A stretch of 64,000 nucleotides of DNA from Armatimonadetes bacterium CG2_30_59_28 (GTDB taxonomy: Bacteria; Armatimonadota; Abditibacteriia; CG2-30-59-28). Both the position numbers and the translations under genes were made by a program. Numbering within the stretch: the stretch's first letter is position 1; each line of letters starts with the position of its first letter. The DNA is taken from contig MNXM01000153.1 of the NCBI GenBank assembly GCA_001872605.1, positions 5,100-69,099 of the forward strand, in the 5' to 3' direction. Positions 18,446-28,190 of the stretch are shown here, piece after piece. Under the pieces are notes generated by a model. It was not told the DNA's origin and searched no databases. It was given only the letters and a program-made list of their open reading frames with translations.

Positions 18446-21400
18446 ATGGCATCAAGTACTCCCACGAGACTCGCATCGGTATTCCGCGCGGTCTTCTCCC
18501 GCCCGGCTTTGCCGGCGCACGCCGCGGTGGTTCTCGCTGGGCTTTCCGTGGGCTACTGTTTTTCGCACGGAAGCTACATATTCACGCTGCTACTCACCGG
18601 GATACCGACCGTCTACGGACTCTGGTTCATCACATCGCTCGTGCTCACTTCTCCCCACGACGACGGCGCAGAGCGTGTGGTCAGAGCTGACGGGTTGTCC
18701 TATGGCGTGCTGGCGCTCGCGCCGCTTCCATCCCTCCTCGGCATAGCGTGGTTCACCATCTCCAGCAACCTGATCGCCGCCCTCCTGTTCGCTCTGACGC
18801 TCCTTCTTCTGCTGAAGATGCCACTCCTTAGACAAGACATCTCACGGTTCACGACGTGGAGCGCCCGGCGGGGCAGTCCCTGGGCATGGGCTACCGGCAT
18901 CTTGGCCGCGACGTACGCGGTTGTGTTCTCCATCATGTCCTATCAGGAGTATGCGTCATTCACCTACAATACGTCGTATTACGACCTTGCACACTTCTCC
19001 CAGGCAGCATGGAACACGCTTCAGGGACGATTCCTCGAGTTCACATTCTCCGACGGACATGTTGGCTACCCGATGAGCCGGCTGGGTTTGCACGTAGACC
19101 CGATCATTGCTCTCTGGTCGATCTTCTACCTGATTAACGACAGCCCCGTGACGTTACTGGTGATCCAATCCGTGGTGATTGCCGCGGCGACGTGGCCTCT
19201 CTACCTCCTCTCCATGAGACTTCTGCGGAATCCATTTCTAAGTTTCTGCGTCTGTCTCGCGTACCTGCTGCATCCGGGCATTCAATACGGCAACCTCTCA
19301 CAGTTCCATGCCGTAAGCGCTGCCCCTTTGGGACTTGTGGCGCTGTTCTACGCGCTCGAGACCCGACGATGGAAGATTCTCCTGCCAGCTTTGCTATTCA
19401 CCTTCTTGTGCAAGGAACACTTGCCACTAACCGTCTTTGGCATAGGGCTGTGGTCCCTTGTGCGCAAAGGCGACAAACGGATGGGCTGGGCGCTTTGTGT
19501 CCTCTCCGTACTCTGGTTTGTGGCGTGCCAGAAGTGGATCATCCCCCACTACCTCGCCGGGAAACAAACTGTCTACCTGGAGATGTTTTATGAGAAAGCG
19601 GGGGGCAGTTTCCAGGGCATCGCTGCGCGGTTCATCAGCGACCCCGTGGACTCCGTCGCCCATCTTCTCACGAAGTCCAAACTTTTCTACCTCGACTCAC
19701 TGTTCTTCCAGGTGGGTTACCTGCCACTCATAGTTCCAAGCACACTCCTTTTTTCCGGTCCCGAATTGCTTGTGAACACCCTCAGCGACTTCCCCCACAT
19801 GCACGTGCTCACCGAACACTACAACTTTGTGACGGCCACGTGTCTCATCGTTGCCGCGGTCTACGCCCTGAGCGGAATTCTTCGGACTCGTGAGTCCGCG
19901 CTGAAGACTGCACAACGATACGGGGACGGCAGTGTACAAGTTGGCAACGTAGCCGTTGCTCTGGCATTTCTTGTCCTGCTTCCTACGCAGTTGTCCCACC
20001 GCGTGGGATTCGCCCCGTGGGCCAATACCTACAGGGAGATTCTGTCATGGAAACCCCCACAACACGCCCTCGCTTCCGAGCGAATTCTCAGGCAGATTCC
20101 TCCCGAGGCTTCTGTCACCGCCAGCTCAATTCTCATGGGGCACCTGGCACACCGGCGCACCCTCTATGTGACGCCGTACCTTGGGGACGCAGAATACGCG
20201 ATTGTGGACATCTCGGAAGTCGAACTGCCCCACGGGAAGGCGCGGCAGGACTACGAGTTGATGGCATGGTTGCGCGGGGAAGGCAACTACACGCTGAAAA
20301 GCGAAGCGGAGGGGATATTCCTCTGGCAGAGAAAGCCCTACGCTTCGCCGGTCGCGCCCAAGGTGAACTTTGATTTTCAGGATGGCTTCACCGTTGTTGC
20401 CCCGAAGGAAACCCAGTCGGATGCAGCAGTCAAGCTCGGTGTCAGCGCGCTCAGTGGCGCTGTCGGGAGAGCGCTTGATTTTGCATCCGCCGAAAAGGCA
20501 CTCGAGAATCCGTCAGCTTTACAGGGACCCGCCCTGGTGCTGCTCAAGGTGGGAAACCCGGAGTTCTCCACGGAAGCGATGGAGATAGTGCAGCTATGGG
20601 AAAGGACAAAGGCAGTCCCGGAATCCGCGGAGGGGTACCTTCTCCGCACAAGAGAACACCTTGGGCATCCATGCCTGTTTGTGGTGTCCAAGTCCGAGCT
20701 TGGACTTGCCTACGGGCTTTTCCACATTGCCGACGAACTGAAAGAAACCCTCACAGCGAAGGACCGTTCCTGGAATGCCACACGCGAACCTGCATTGAGT
20801 CTGCGGCTCATGTCGACTCCCTTTATGAAGGACAAGTTCTACGACAACCCCGAAACTGCGCTCAGGTACGGATTCAACGCTGTTATGATTGACCCCTGGC
20901 CGGCGCTGATCACTTATCACGATTTCGATCACCGAATCTACGGAGAAAAACGAAACCAGGCTGCCTTCGCATCCTTGCAGTATCGTCGTCAGGAAGTGAG
21001 AAAGACCATCCAGCGCACGAAGTCCCTGCACCTCAGAGTTGTTGCCATGGGCGACGTGTTCAGCTTCCCGAAATCACTTTATCAAATCTACGGTTCGCGG
21101 ATACGCCACGTCAACGTATCCCGGTTCTCCGACCAGGAGTTCACTGTCTGTGCCGGGCAGTCGCTTCCCTACAAAATACTTCAGCAGGGACTGGACGAAC
21201 TGCTCAGGGAGGTCCCGGGAATCGACTACGTCATGGTTCGTACCGGGGAGAACTATCCCACGGGACTCACGACAGGCAGCGGACCCTCTTCGGGGAGATG
21301 CCGACTGTGTCGCGGGGTCGACTATTCCGCTGCCCTCACGAAAACCATCAACACGATCCATGCCATTGTCGTTGGGAAACATCACCGCCAGTACATCCAC

Positions 21401-22498
21401 CGCGCATGGGATTTGGGGAGAGGTGGATTCCACGCCAACCCGAATATCTACGAGAAAATCACTCGGGGGATAGTCCCCTCCAACGACGTAACAGTCTCCC
21501 TGAAGATGACAGAAACGGACTTCTGGAGGTTCAATCCCCTCAACCCGAATATCGGTCGCGGTCCCCTCAAACAGATGGTGGAGTTCCAGTGTGCGCGGGA
21601 GTATGAAGGAAAGGGAGCGTTTCCCAATTACCTGGGCGAGCTTTTCTGCCGCGGCGCGCCCGAGACTCACCCCCAGCGCGGGCTTCTGTACGCAACATCC
21701 GTCGGCGTGGAGTCTGGTTGGGCGTGGGCCCGAGGCGGGGGATGGGGTGGCCCTTACCTCAAATCAAGAATATGGGTCGATGCAAATGTCCACGCTCTCA
21801 GCCGACTCATGTGGAATCCATTTCTGGATCCAGGAGAGCTTGCAAAACGATGGGCAACGCGCACCTTCGGTGCGAAAGCGGCCCCCACCGTCGCCAATAT
21901 CTTACTGAACTCGCCGGATGCCGTGGCTCTGTCCCGGTACTTCTCGGCAATCGCGGGTCAACCGGACGTATGGAAGCCGAGCCTCAACTGGACTCGTGAT
22001 GACCGGATCGAGGGATTCAGTCGGCTTTACCCACTTTACACGAAATGTGACGAGACGTGGCAATTTGATGCAACCCTCTACGATCAACAGAAAGCGAGTC
22101 GCATCGTAGCGTCGTCCATTGAGAAGTTCCAGAGGGTAATGCGCGATGTTCCCGACGCAGTGGTCGCACAGCAGGCAATGGATTCCCTCCGGTTCCAGTT
22201 GGCTCTGTACAGGGTGCGCCAGACTTACGTCACCGGCAGCTTCAACTATTTCGCTTGGCTGGATTCCCGTGGAACGTCCGACGACTCGCGGACAGCGGCC
22301 ATCTGCGCTTTTCAGCAGTGGCAGAGAGACTGGGACCACTTCAATACCAATATCCCGCGGCTCAAGTGGGGTCCCAGCCTGTATCGTAGTCACGGAATGG
22401 TGGAAGACGTACAGTATGCCATGTCTGTGCTTCTGAATCCTCCCGAGGGCGGGGTCCATCCGCAACACGCTCTCCGTGGTGGATCTCAACGACCATGA
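18446..22498 (+). CDS. DUF2079 membrane domain fused to a C-terminal glycoside-hydrolase-like (GH20/GH67-type domain + TIM barrel) module
   Basis: YDLAHFSQAAWNTLQG, LGLHVDPII, FHAVS, LCKEHL (DUF2079-like); GYLLR...LFVVSKSELGLAYGLFHIAD, HRAWD, VEFQCAREYEGKGAFPNY; ATG at 18446. Confidence 0.65.
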   Translation: MASSTPTRLASVFRAVFSRPALPAHAAVVLAGLSVGYCFSHGSYIFTLLLTGIPTVYGLWFITSLVLTSPHDDGAERVVRADGLSYGVLALAPLPSLLGIAWFTISSNLIAALLFALTLLLLLKMPLLRQDISRFTTWSARRGSPWAWATGILAATYAVVFSIMSYQEYASFTYNTSYYDLAHFSQAAWNTLQGRFLEFTFSDGHVGYPMSRLGLHVDPIIALWSIFYLINDSPVTLLVIQSVVIAAATWPLYLLSMRLLRNPFLSFCVCLAYLLHPGIQYGNLSQFHAVSAAPLGLVALFYALETRRWKILLPALLFTFLCKEHLPLTVFGIGLWSLVRKGDKRMGWALCVLSVLWFVACQKWIIPHYLAGKQTVYLEMFYEKAGGSFQGIAARFISDPVDSVAHLLTKSKLFYLDSLFFQVGYLPLIVPSTLLFSGPELLVNTLSDFPHMHVLTEHYNFVTATCLIVAAVYALSGILRTRESALKTAQRYGDGSVQVGNVAVALAFLVLLPTQLSHRVGFAPWANTYREILSWKPPQHALASERILRQIPPEASVTASSILMGHLAHRRTLYVTPYLGDAEYAIVDISEVELPHGKARQDYELMAWLRGEGNYTLKSEAEGIFLWQRKPYASPVAPKVNFDFQDGFTVVAPKETQSDAAVKLGVSALSGAVGRALDFASAEKALENPSALQGPALVLLKVGNPEFSTEAMEIVQLWERTKAVPESAEGYLLRTREHLGHPCLFVVSKSELGLAYGLFHIADELKETLTAKDRSWNATREPALSLRLMSTPFMKDKFYDNPETALRYGFNAVMIDPWPALITYHDFDHRIYGEKRNQAAFASLQYRRQEVRKTIQRTKSLHLRVVAMGDVFSFPKSLYQIYGSRIRHVNVSRFSDQEFTVCAGQSLPYKILQQGLDELLREVPGIDYVMVRTGENYPTGLTTGSGPSSGRCRLCRGVDYSAALTKTINTIHAIVVGKHHRQYIHRAWDLGRGGFHANPNIYEKITRGIVPSNDVTVSLKMTETDFWRFNPLNPNIGRGPLKQMVEFQCAREYEGKGAFPNYLGELFCRGAPETHPQRGLLYATSVGVESGWAWARGGGWGGPYLKSRIWVDANVHALSRLMWNPFLDPGELAKRWATRTFGAKAAPTVANILLNSPDAVALSRYFSAIAGQPDVWKPSLNWTRDDRIEGFSRLYPLYTKCDETWQFDATLYDQQKASRIVASSIEKFQRVMRDVPDAVVAQQAMDSLRFQLALYRVRQTYVTGSFNYFAWLDSRGTSDDSRTAAICAFQQWQRDWDHFNTNIPRLKWGPSLYRSHGMVEDVQYAMSVLLNPPEGGVHPQHALRGGSQRP
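19881..19900. repeat. Single intragenic copy of the 18277 palindrome
   Basis: TTCGGACTCGTGAGTCCGCG, identical to 18276-18295. Confidence 0.9.
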
Positions 22499-22538
22499 AG
22501 GGACTCGACCCGATATCGCTTTAAGCTGGAACCAGCAC

Positions 22539-23807
22539 ATGACACAGATGCGTCTCTCCAAGCTACCTCCCTTTCAGAGCTGGGACTGTCGCGCCTGTGG
22601 ACGCTGTTGCCGCGGCATTTACTCTGTTCCGGTTACCGAAGACGAGAGATCGGCTATCCTCGCTCGGGGATGGGCAGATGACGAGCGCTGCGCTCGACAA
22701 GGGCTTTTCACTACATGGAGAAATCACTCCTATCTCGCTCGCAACGACGACGGTGCGTGCGTTTTTCTTTCGGAGCAAGGCATGTGCCGCATTCACGAAA
22801 GACTGGGAGAATCCGCCAAACCCCTCGCCTGCCGACTCTACCCGTTCGTGTTGACCCCCGTAGGCAAACACGTGCACGTGGGACTTCGCTTCGATTGCCC
22901 TGCCGTGCTGGACAACCACGGGAGACCACTGCCCGAACATGTCACCGGAATCAAGCGCTTCATCCCGGAGGTACTGCCTTGCGCACGCATGTGTCTTCCC
23001 CGTCCCATGTTCGACCGGGGCCGATCCGTCACGCCCGAGCAACTCATGCGCATTACACAGGCATTTGATTCGCTCCTGTCCGAGACATCGTTGGGAATAA
23101 CGCGCCGATTGCTCGCGTGCGCGTCCGTGGCGCACCTGCTTCATGTCAGCATCATCGATGAACTTCAGAATCGGCTGGAGGAATTCCTCGCGGCAGCCAC
23201 TGCTGTGGCGCTCAAAGCAGCGGAAACCGATCCCTTGGAGCGAGTGCAACCCCGGAAAGGAGTCCTGGTCAACTTCCGCCAGATGGCCGGTCTCTTCAAT
23301 CGCTGGGACAGAGTGGAGGACGCAACGGGAACAGCCATCAACCGGTTGCGAGTCCTGCGAACACGCCTTCGTCACTCACTCATCCTCAGCCGTGGGAAAG
23401 GCGGTGTTCCTCCGCTGCGAACGGGCTTCCCGGAAGTCCCGTTCTCGACCATCGAGGAACCATTCCCCATTCCGACTGGACCGTGCGAAGAACTTCTCGC
23501 GCGTTACTACCGCATAAAACTCGCGGGCATGGATTTCTTTGGGCCCCCTTTCCACAACTATTCCTATGTGAACGGAATGAAGAGTCTGCTTCTTACCTTC
23601 CCGGTTATCATGTGGACCGCGCGGGCCTTCGCTATCGGTGCCGGCGATACGGAGATCAACTCAGAGTCACTCTGCCTCGCCCTGCAGGGAGTGGATGCCC
23701 AGTTGGGCAGGTCCCTGGCGTTTGGACTGGCCAACGAACGACGGCGCATCAGCGTGTTGAGCAGGGAGGAACATCTTCGCCCGCTGACCGTATGGTACGG
23801 AACGTGA
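22539..23807 (+). CDS. YkgJ/FliB-like cysteine-cluster protein with long C-terminal helical domain
   Basis: CRACGRCC...CVFL...CRIH...KPLACRLYPF...CP. Confidence 0.75.
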   Translation: MTQMRLSKLPPFQSWDCRACGRCCRGIYSVPVTEDERSAILARGWADDERCARQGLFTTWRNHSYLARNDDGACVFLSEQGMCRIHERLGESAKPLACRLYPFVLTPVGKHVHVGLRFDCPAVLDNHGRPLPEHVTGIKRFIPEVLPCARMCLPRPMFDRGRSVTPEQLMRITQAFDSLLSETSLGITRRLLACASVAHLLHVSIIDELQNRLEEFLAAATAVALKAAETDPLERVQPRKGVLVNFRQMAGLFNRWDRVEDATGTAINRLRVLRTRLRHSLILSRGKGGVPPLRTGFPEVPFSTIEEPFPIPTGPCEELLARYYRIKLAGMDFFGPPFHNYSYVNGMKSLLLTFPVIMWTARAFAIGAGDTEINSESLCLALQGVDAQLGRSLAFGLANERRRISVLSREEHLRPLTVWYGT

Positions 23808-23863
23808 GCACGCTCGTGCCGACCGCAGTCTGTCGGATGCCCGTCCTTTGTTGATCCCGTCAG

Positions 23864-23892
23864 TTGACACTGCAATTCCTTCCATGTAGAAT
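23864..23892 (+). promoter_or_regulatory. Sigma-70 promoter TTGACA-N17-TAGAAT
   Basis: Hexamers at 23864-23869 and 23887-23892. Confidence 0.7.
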
Positions 23893-23903
23893 GCCAGAAA
23901 CCA

Positions 23904-25094
23904 ATGAAAAGCTCACGACTGCTCAATCCACTGTTATCACTTTTCCTGCTGTGCGCCTGCGCGTCATTGGTGTACGGCACATCAGAGAGCAATGGTCCTT
24001 CGCCAGAGGTCCGGGATGAGAACCAGCCGGAGCAGGTTGAGATGTATCGACTGAGCGTTGAGAACAGCGTTGGGGGCGGTATCGCCCTGAGCCGCGACGG
24101 GGGGAAGACATGGATTCGCCTTGGGCAGGTCGCCACGCCCACGCGCAAGGTGAATACAAACGGCTTTACGGCGAGCCAGTGGGCTATCTCTGGCCGAGTG
24201 TGTGCGACGGCCGTCAACGCCATCCATGTCAAGGTGCGAAACGATCCGACTTCCGGTAGAGGCGTTGTATTCAGCATTGTTCCGGCGGAACAAGGGACGA
24301 GCTTCAAGGCGGGGGCCGCGAGCGCCAACCCAACGGCGGTCATCTATACGGACATTCCAGGTGGCACTGGTATCTTTGGGCGGTGGACGCCACTCGTCAA
24401 CGGCCGTGTGATCGTTGTGCGCAACGGCAGCGAGTCCCCATTGAGTGAGGACTATGCGCCGGAAGCAAATGATAGGCTTGTCTTTCCGGTGGAACGGGTC
24501 AAGCGGCTGCCGAAAGCGATTGAGTTTGAGAACCGCTTTGGCGGACTGATTCGCATACTCTACCCGGAAGAAACGCGCATCATCGGCGAGGTGCTCCGAC
24601 CGGTGTTGGGGGTGGGACGGTTTGACGGATCGCTCTTCGCAGATGTGGGACGCGTGCGGGCCAATCATCCCGGAGTCCTCGACATCTCCACTTCGCCCTA
24701 TGGTGAAGTGGGCGGATTCCAGATTGTTCCGGCAAACCACGCGATGAGCCAGGAAACAACATACGTCCGGCGACACACCCAGTGGATGGTTGTCGGACCG
24801 GTGAACGCCACGGATCCATCGTGGGAGGGCACCGCGCCACTGTTTGCGTACTTTATCCAGCCAAGATATGATCCCGGTGACTTGTATGCGGACGACTGGG
24901 CGGAGAGATTGCTCTCTCGGTTCCGGATAGAGGTTCGGCTAAACGGTGGCGACTGGCAGTCGATGCCCGCCGTTTCCGTCGATTCTGACCTGAAGAAGGC
25001 ACTGCCGGAGAGCGCTTTTATTGCCCTCAAGGATGTCACCCACATCCGTATATTGTTCCCGGATCCGTGGTACTACGGTGGGGAGGGGGCATGA
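23904..25094 (+). CDS. Secreted hypothetical protein with an internal two-fold repeat
   Basis: Signal peptide; VENSVGG...GQVATPT...GRVCATAVNAIHV parallels FENRFGG...GEVLRPV...GRVRANHPGVLDI. Confidence 0.6.
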   Translation: MKSSRLLNPLLSLFLLCACASLVYGTSESNGPSPEVRDENQPEQVEMYRLSVENSVGGGIALSRDGGKTWIRLGQVATPTRKVNTNGFTASQWAISGRVCATAVNAIHVKVRNDPTSGRGVVFSIVPAEQGTSFKAGAASANPTAVIYTDIPGGTGIFGRWTPLVNGRVIVVRNGSESPLSEDYAPEANDRLVFPVERVKRLPKAIEFENRFGGLIRILYPEETRIIGEVLRPVLGVGRFDGSLFADVGRVRANHPGVLDISTSPYGEVGGFQIVPANHAMSQETTYVRRHTQWMVVGPVNATDPSWEGTAPLFAYFIQPRYDPGDLYADDWAERLLSRFRIEVRLNGGDWQSMPAVSVDSDLKKALPESAFIALKDVTHIRILFPDPWYYGGEGA

Positions 25095-25816
25095 ACCAGT
25101 TCCTGAGAAAGTGCCGAACCGACAGGATCTCGCTGATCGTCAGCCTTCCAGCCAACTCGCCGGAACTGGCGATAGCGGCCATTGCCGGTGGCGCAGAGTG
25201 CCTGAAGGTACACATCCGTGTTCACCACGATGCCAGCGGAACTCACTTTGGCAGCCTGGAGGATGAACGGGGGAATCTCGAATCCATTCTTTCGGTTGCG
25301 GGGACTGTCCCCGTCGGGATCGTTGCCGGAGCAGAGGATGCAGCAACTCCGGAAGAAATGAGCAGCTTGGCAGAAATGGGTTTTGATTTCTTTGACCTGT
25401 ACGATTATTGTATGCCTGCATGGATGCTGAACGAGACATCCATGACTCGGGTCGTCGCCATCGGGCCGGAGTGGAATCCGGACCAATTGCGTTCGCTGCA
25501 GTCCATGGGAGGGGCGGACATCCTCGAAGCGGCCATCGTGCCCCATGATCGATACGGAGAGCCGCTGTCGGTAAGAGACATCACTCAGTATCGCGCCATT
25601 TCGGGATTCGCCGACGCGCCGGTCATCGTCCCAACCCAGAAGAAGGTGAGACCTGAGGAAGTCCCGGTGCTTGTTGATGCTGGAATTCGGGCGCTGATGA
25701 TTGGCGCCATTGTTACCGGAAAGCATCCCGAAGGCATCGAGAATGTGACATCCCATTTTCGGTCTCAGATCGACGAAGTACGCAGCCAGTTTTCCAACCA
25801 GGAGGCAATCAGATGA
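25091..25816 (+). CDS. Hypothetical TIM-barrel (aldolase/epimerase-like) protein
   Basis: LIVSLPAN, LKVHI, PVIVPTQK, MIGAIVTG phosphate-site-like motif; ATGA overlap. Confidence 0.5.
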   Translation: MNQFLRKCRTDRISLIVSLPANSPELAIAAIAGGAECLKVHIRVHHDASGTHFGSLEDERGNLESILSVAGTVPVGIVAGAEDAATPEEMSSLAEMGFDFFDLYDYCMPAWMLNETSMTRVVAIGPEWNPDQLRSLQSMGGADILEAAIVPHDRYGEPLSVRDITQYRAISGFADAPVIVPTQKKVRPEEVPVLVDAGIRALMIGAIVTGKHPEGIENVTSHFRSQIDEVRSQFSNQEAIR

Positions 25817-26790
25817 ACCTTTCCAGCTTCACCCACCGTGTTACCGCGATCTCCCTCGCCGCACTCGCCTCGTTTCTCCTTACGGGATGCGATCTCTCCG
25901 TGGAAACAAGCGTCAATAGCAGCGGGAAAGTGCAGCAGACCATCACCATTGCGGTGCCGGAAGACGATTTTACCGTCACTCAGAAGGCGGCGGAGAAGTA
26001 CCTCCGCGACATGTCGGAGAATTGGAGGGTCACCACGCGCAAGGAGCGTGAGATTGTGGCGATGCGCAAGTTCCACGCCGCCCATCCCGGCGACCGTGAC
26101 CTCTTGGAGAACGTAAGATTCACCAGAGACCGACGACCCTTCATGGGGTGGCTCATCCCCGTTGACAGGATTGCATACGAACAGGCCATCAACGCAAACG
26201 AGATCATCAACTCGGAACAAAAACGCGCCCTCGCCGAACAGGTCGAGGCGAAGTGCTTCCTGACATTACCGGGCAGAATCGACAGAGACAGCGCGGCGGG
26301 AGCATCCAAGGTGCAGGGCGGCACCGCGATGTGGAAGGCGCGCGCCGACCAGGGGATCGTCATCAAGGCCCGATCCACCGCTTTCCGTTGGTGGTGGTTC
26401 GTGATGGAGTTGATTCTGCTGGGTCTGCTGGTATGGGCCCTGATGCCGGTGATTGCATGGTTCAGCGACGCATCGGGGCGATACGGCGAGAAGCGAAAGA
26501 CAGCACGCGTGGATAAGATGCGCAAGAGAGAACAGATTGCCGCAGCAAAAGCGGAGAAGCGCGCGGCCAGGAACGCTGCCGCGAAAGCGCGCGACGTTGA
26601 ACGCCAGAAGAAGGCGGACGCGGCGGCTATAAAGCGCGCCGAGAAGGAGGAGGCTCGCAGGCTCAGGGAGGAACAGGCGCAGAAGAAAAAGACAGCGCAG
26701 GAAGCCAAACAGCGCGCCAAACAGGAACAGAAGCAGAAGTCCGCCAACGCCGATCCCGCGGGAACGGCAGAGAACGCAGACACCAAGTGA
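25813..26790 (+). CDS. Membrane-anchored lipoprotein-like protein with charged coiled-coil C-terminus
   Basis: Lipobox LTGC, TM segment WWWFVMELILLGLLVWALMPVIAW, K/E/A-rich tail. Confidence 0.55.
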   Translation: MNLSSFTHRVTAISLAALASFLLTGCDLSVETSVNSSGKVQQTITIAVPEDDFTVTQKAAEKYLRDMSENWRVTTRKEREIVAMRKFHAAHPGDRDLLENVRFTRDRRPFMGWLIPVDRIAYEQAINANEIINSEQKRALAEQVEAKCFLTLPGRIDRDSAAGASKVQGGTAMWKARADQGIVIKARSTAFRWWWFVMELILLGLLVWALMPVIAWFSDASGRYGEKRKTARVDKMRKREQIAAAKAEKRAARNAAAKARDVERQKKADAAAIKRAEKEEARRLREEQAQKKKTAQEAKQRAKQEQKQKSANADPAGTAENADTK

Positions 26791-28127
26791 GTACGTCCAT
26801 GAGAAGGAGGAATTCTAACGTGCAACGTTTTGTGACCACCGTAGCGCAGGTCGCTGCCCTGATGCTGGGATGCCTGGGCGCGCGCGCGGCAGACACCGCC
26901 GGCCCAAGCCTCCTATGGCACCGCCAGACAGGTTACTGCCGACAGCCCGGCCTCGTCGATGTGAACGGCGACAATATCCTCGACCTGATCATCGCGTCCG
27001 ATAAGGGAACTGTGCAGGCCGTTTCCGGCAGCACCGGAGAACCTTACTGGGAGTTCAGGGCCAGCGGAGGCTTCGTATCGTCTCCGGCAGTGGCAGATCT
27101 CAACGCCGACGGAGTGCTGGACGTTGTGCTTTCCTGCTTGAATGGTAGTGTCTATGCGATTTCCGCGCGAGACGGTTCCGTGTTGTGGAGTTTCAAGGGC
27201 ATTGCCCCGTTCGTGGCGTCACCGGTTTTGGGCAACCTCAACCGCAGCGGTCCACCAGAAGTCGTCGTTGCCAGCCAAAATGGCGACATCTACGCTCTCA
27301 CCGGCGCGCGCGGGAAGGTCTACTGGATGTTCCGGGTTCCCGGTGGGGTGACCGCTTCTGCCGCGATTGGCGATGTCGATGGCGATGGGAAACCTGATGT
27401 TGCCGTGGCAACTTCTTCCGGCGCGCTGCTCGTTCTCAACGGGAAAGACGGCAATAAGCTTGACGAACGCTCCGTGGAGTATGCTCCACTCACTGCGCCC
27501 GTGCTTGCTGACATCAATAACGACAGGCGCGAAGACATCATCGTGGCTGCATCCTATGTTCACGCGTTCGGGTATGACGGACGACACTGGAAGAGGTTGT
27601 GGAGCTACAACCCGGAAGGTCCACGGGTCTCCGCCGATCCCGCCATCGGCGATGTCAACGGTGATGGACTCCTGGAAGTTGTCGTCTCCCTCAGCGACGG
27701 GAGCGTCGCATCGCTACGCCTGAAAGACGGTACACCATTGTGGAAGACCCGCCCACTGGAAACGGTCGGCTCGCAGTCGTCTCCGGTGGTTGGGATGCTC
27801 TCGGCAGTTGAGGCGACCGATGTCGTCATTGGAAGTCAATCCGGTGGACTGACATCCATATCGGGTTCTGATGGCGCGATCCGTTGGCAGACGTACCTCG
27901 GCGCCAGAACGGACGGGTCACCGATTGTGGCCGACTTCCAGGGCGATGGCACCTGGGAAGTCGGAATCTCCACGGAATCCGGCGAATTTTTCGTTCGCTC
28001 AACAGGCATTTCGGGGACGCTCTACTGGGCAAAGCCGCGTGGCGACTTGTACAACTCGGGGAATGCTCTCCACGCCTCCGCCTTCGCCCGGTCGATCTGT
28101 CCGCCCACTCGGAGGTCCAGCCGTTAA
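26787..28127 (+). CDS. FG-GAP/PQQ-like beta-propeller secreted protein
   Basis: Repeated SPAVADLNADG / IGDVDGDGKPDV / IGDVNGDGLLEV Ca-binding blades. Confidence 0.8.
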   Translation: MSTSMRRRNSNVQRFVTTVAQVAALMLGCLGARAADTAGPSLLWHRQTGYCRQPGLVDVNGDNILDLIIASDKGTVQAVSGSTGEPYWEFRASGGFVSSPAVADLNADGVLDVVLSCLNGSVYAISARDGSVLWSFKGIAPFVASPVLGNLNRSGPPEVVVASQNGDIYALTGARGKVYWMFRVPGGVTASAAIGDVDGDGKPDVAVATSSGALLVLNGKDGNKLDERSVEYAPLTAPVLADINNDRREDIIVAASYVHAFGYDGRHWKRLWSYNPEGPRVSADPAIGDVNGDGLLEVVVSLSDGSVASLRLKDGTPLWKTRPLETVGSQSSPVVGMLSAVEATDVVIGSQSGGLTSISGSDGAIRWQTYLGARTDGSPIVADFQGDGTWEVGISTESGEFFVRSTGISGTLYWAKPRGDLYNSGNALHASAFARSICPPTRRSSR

Positions 28128-28190
28128 GGTCAGCACGCGGTTACGACATGGGAATGTACGCAACCTGCGACATGAAATCGATGGAGAACA

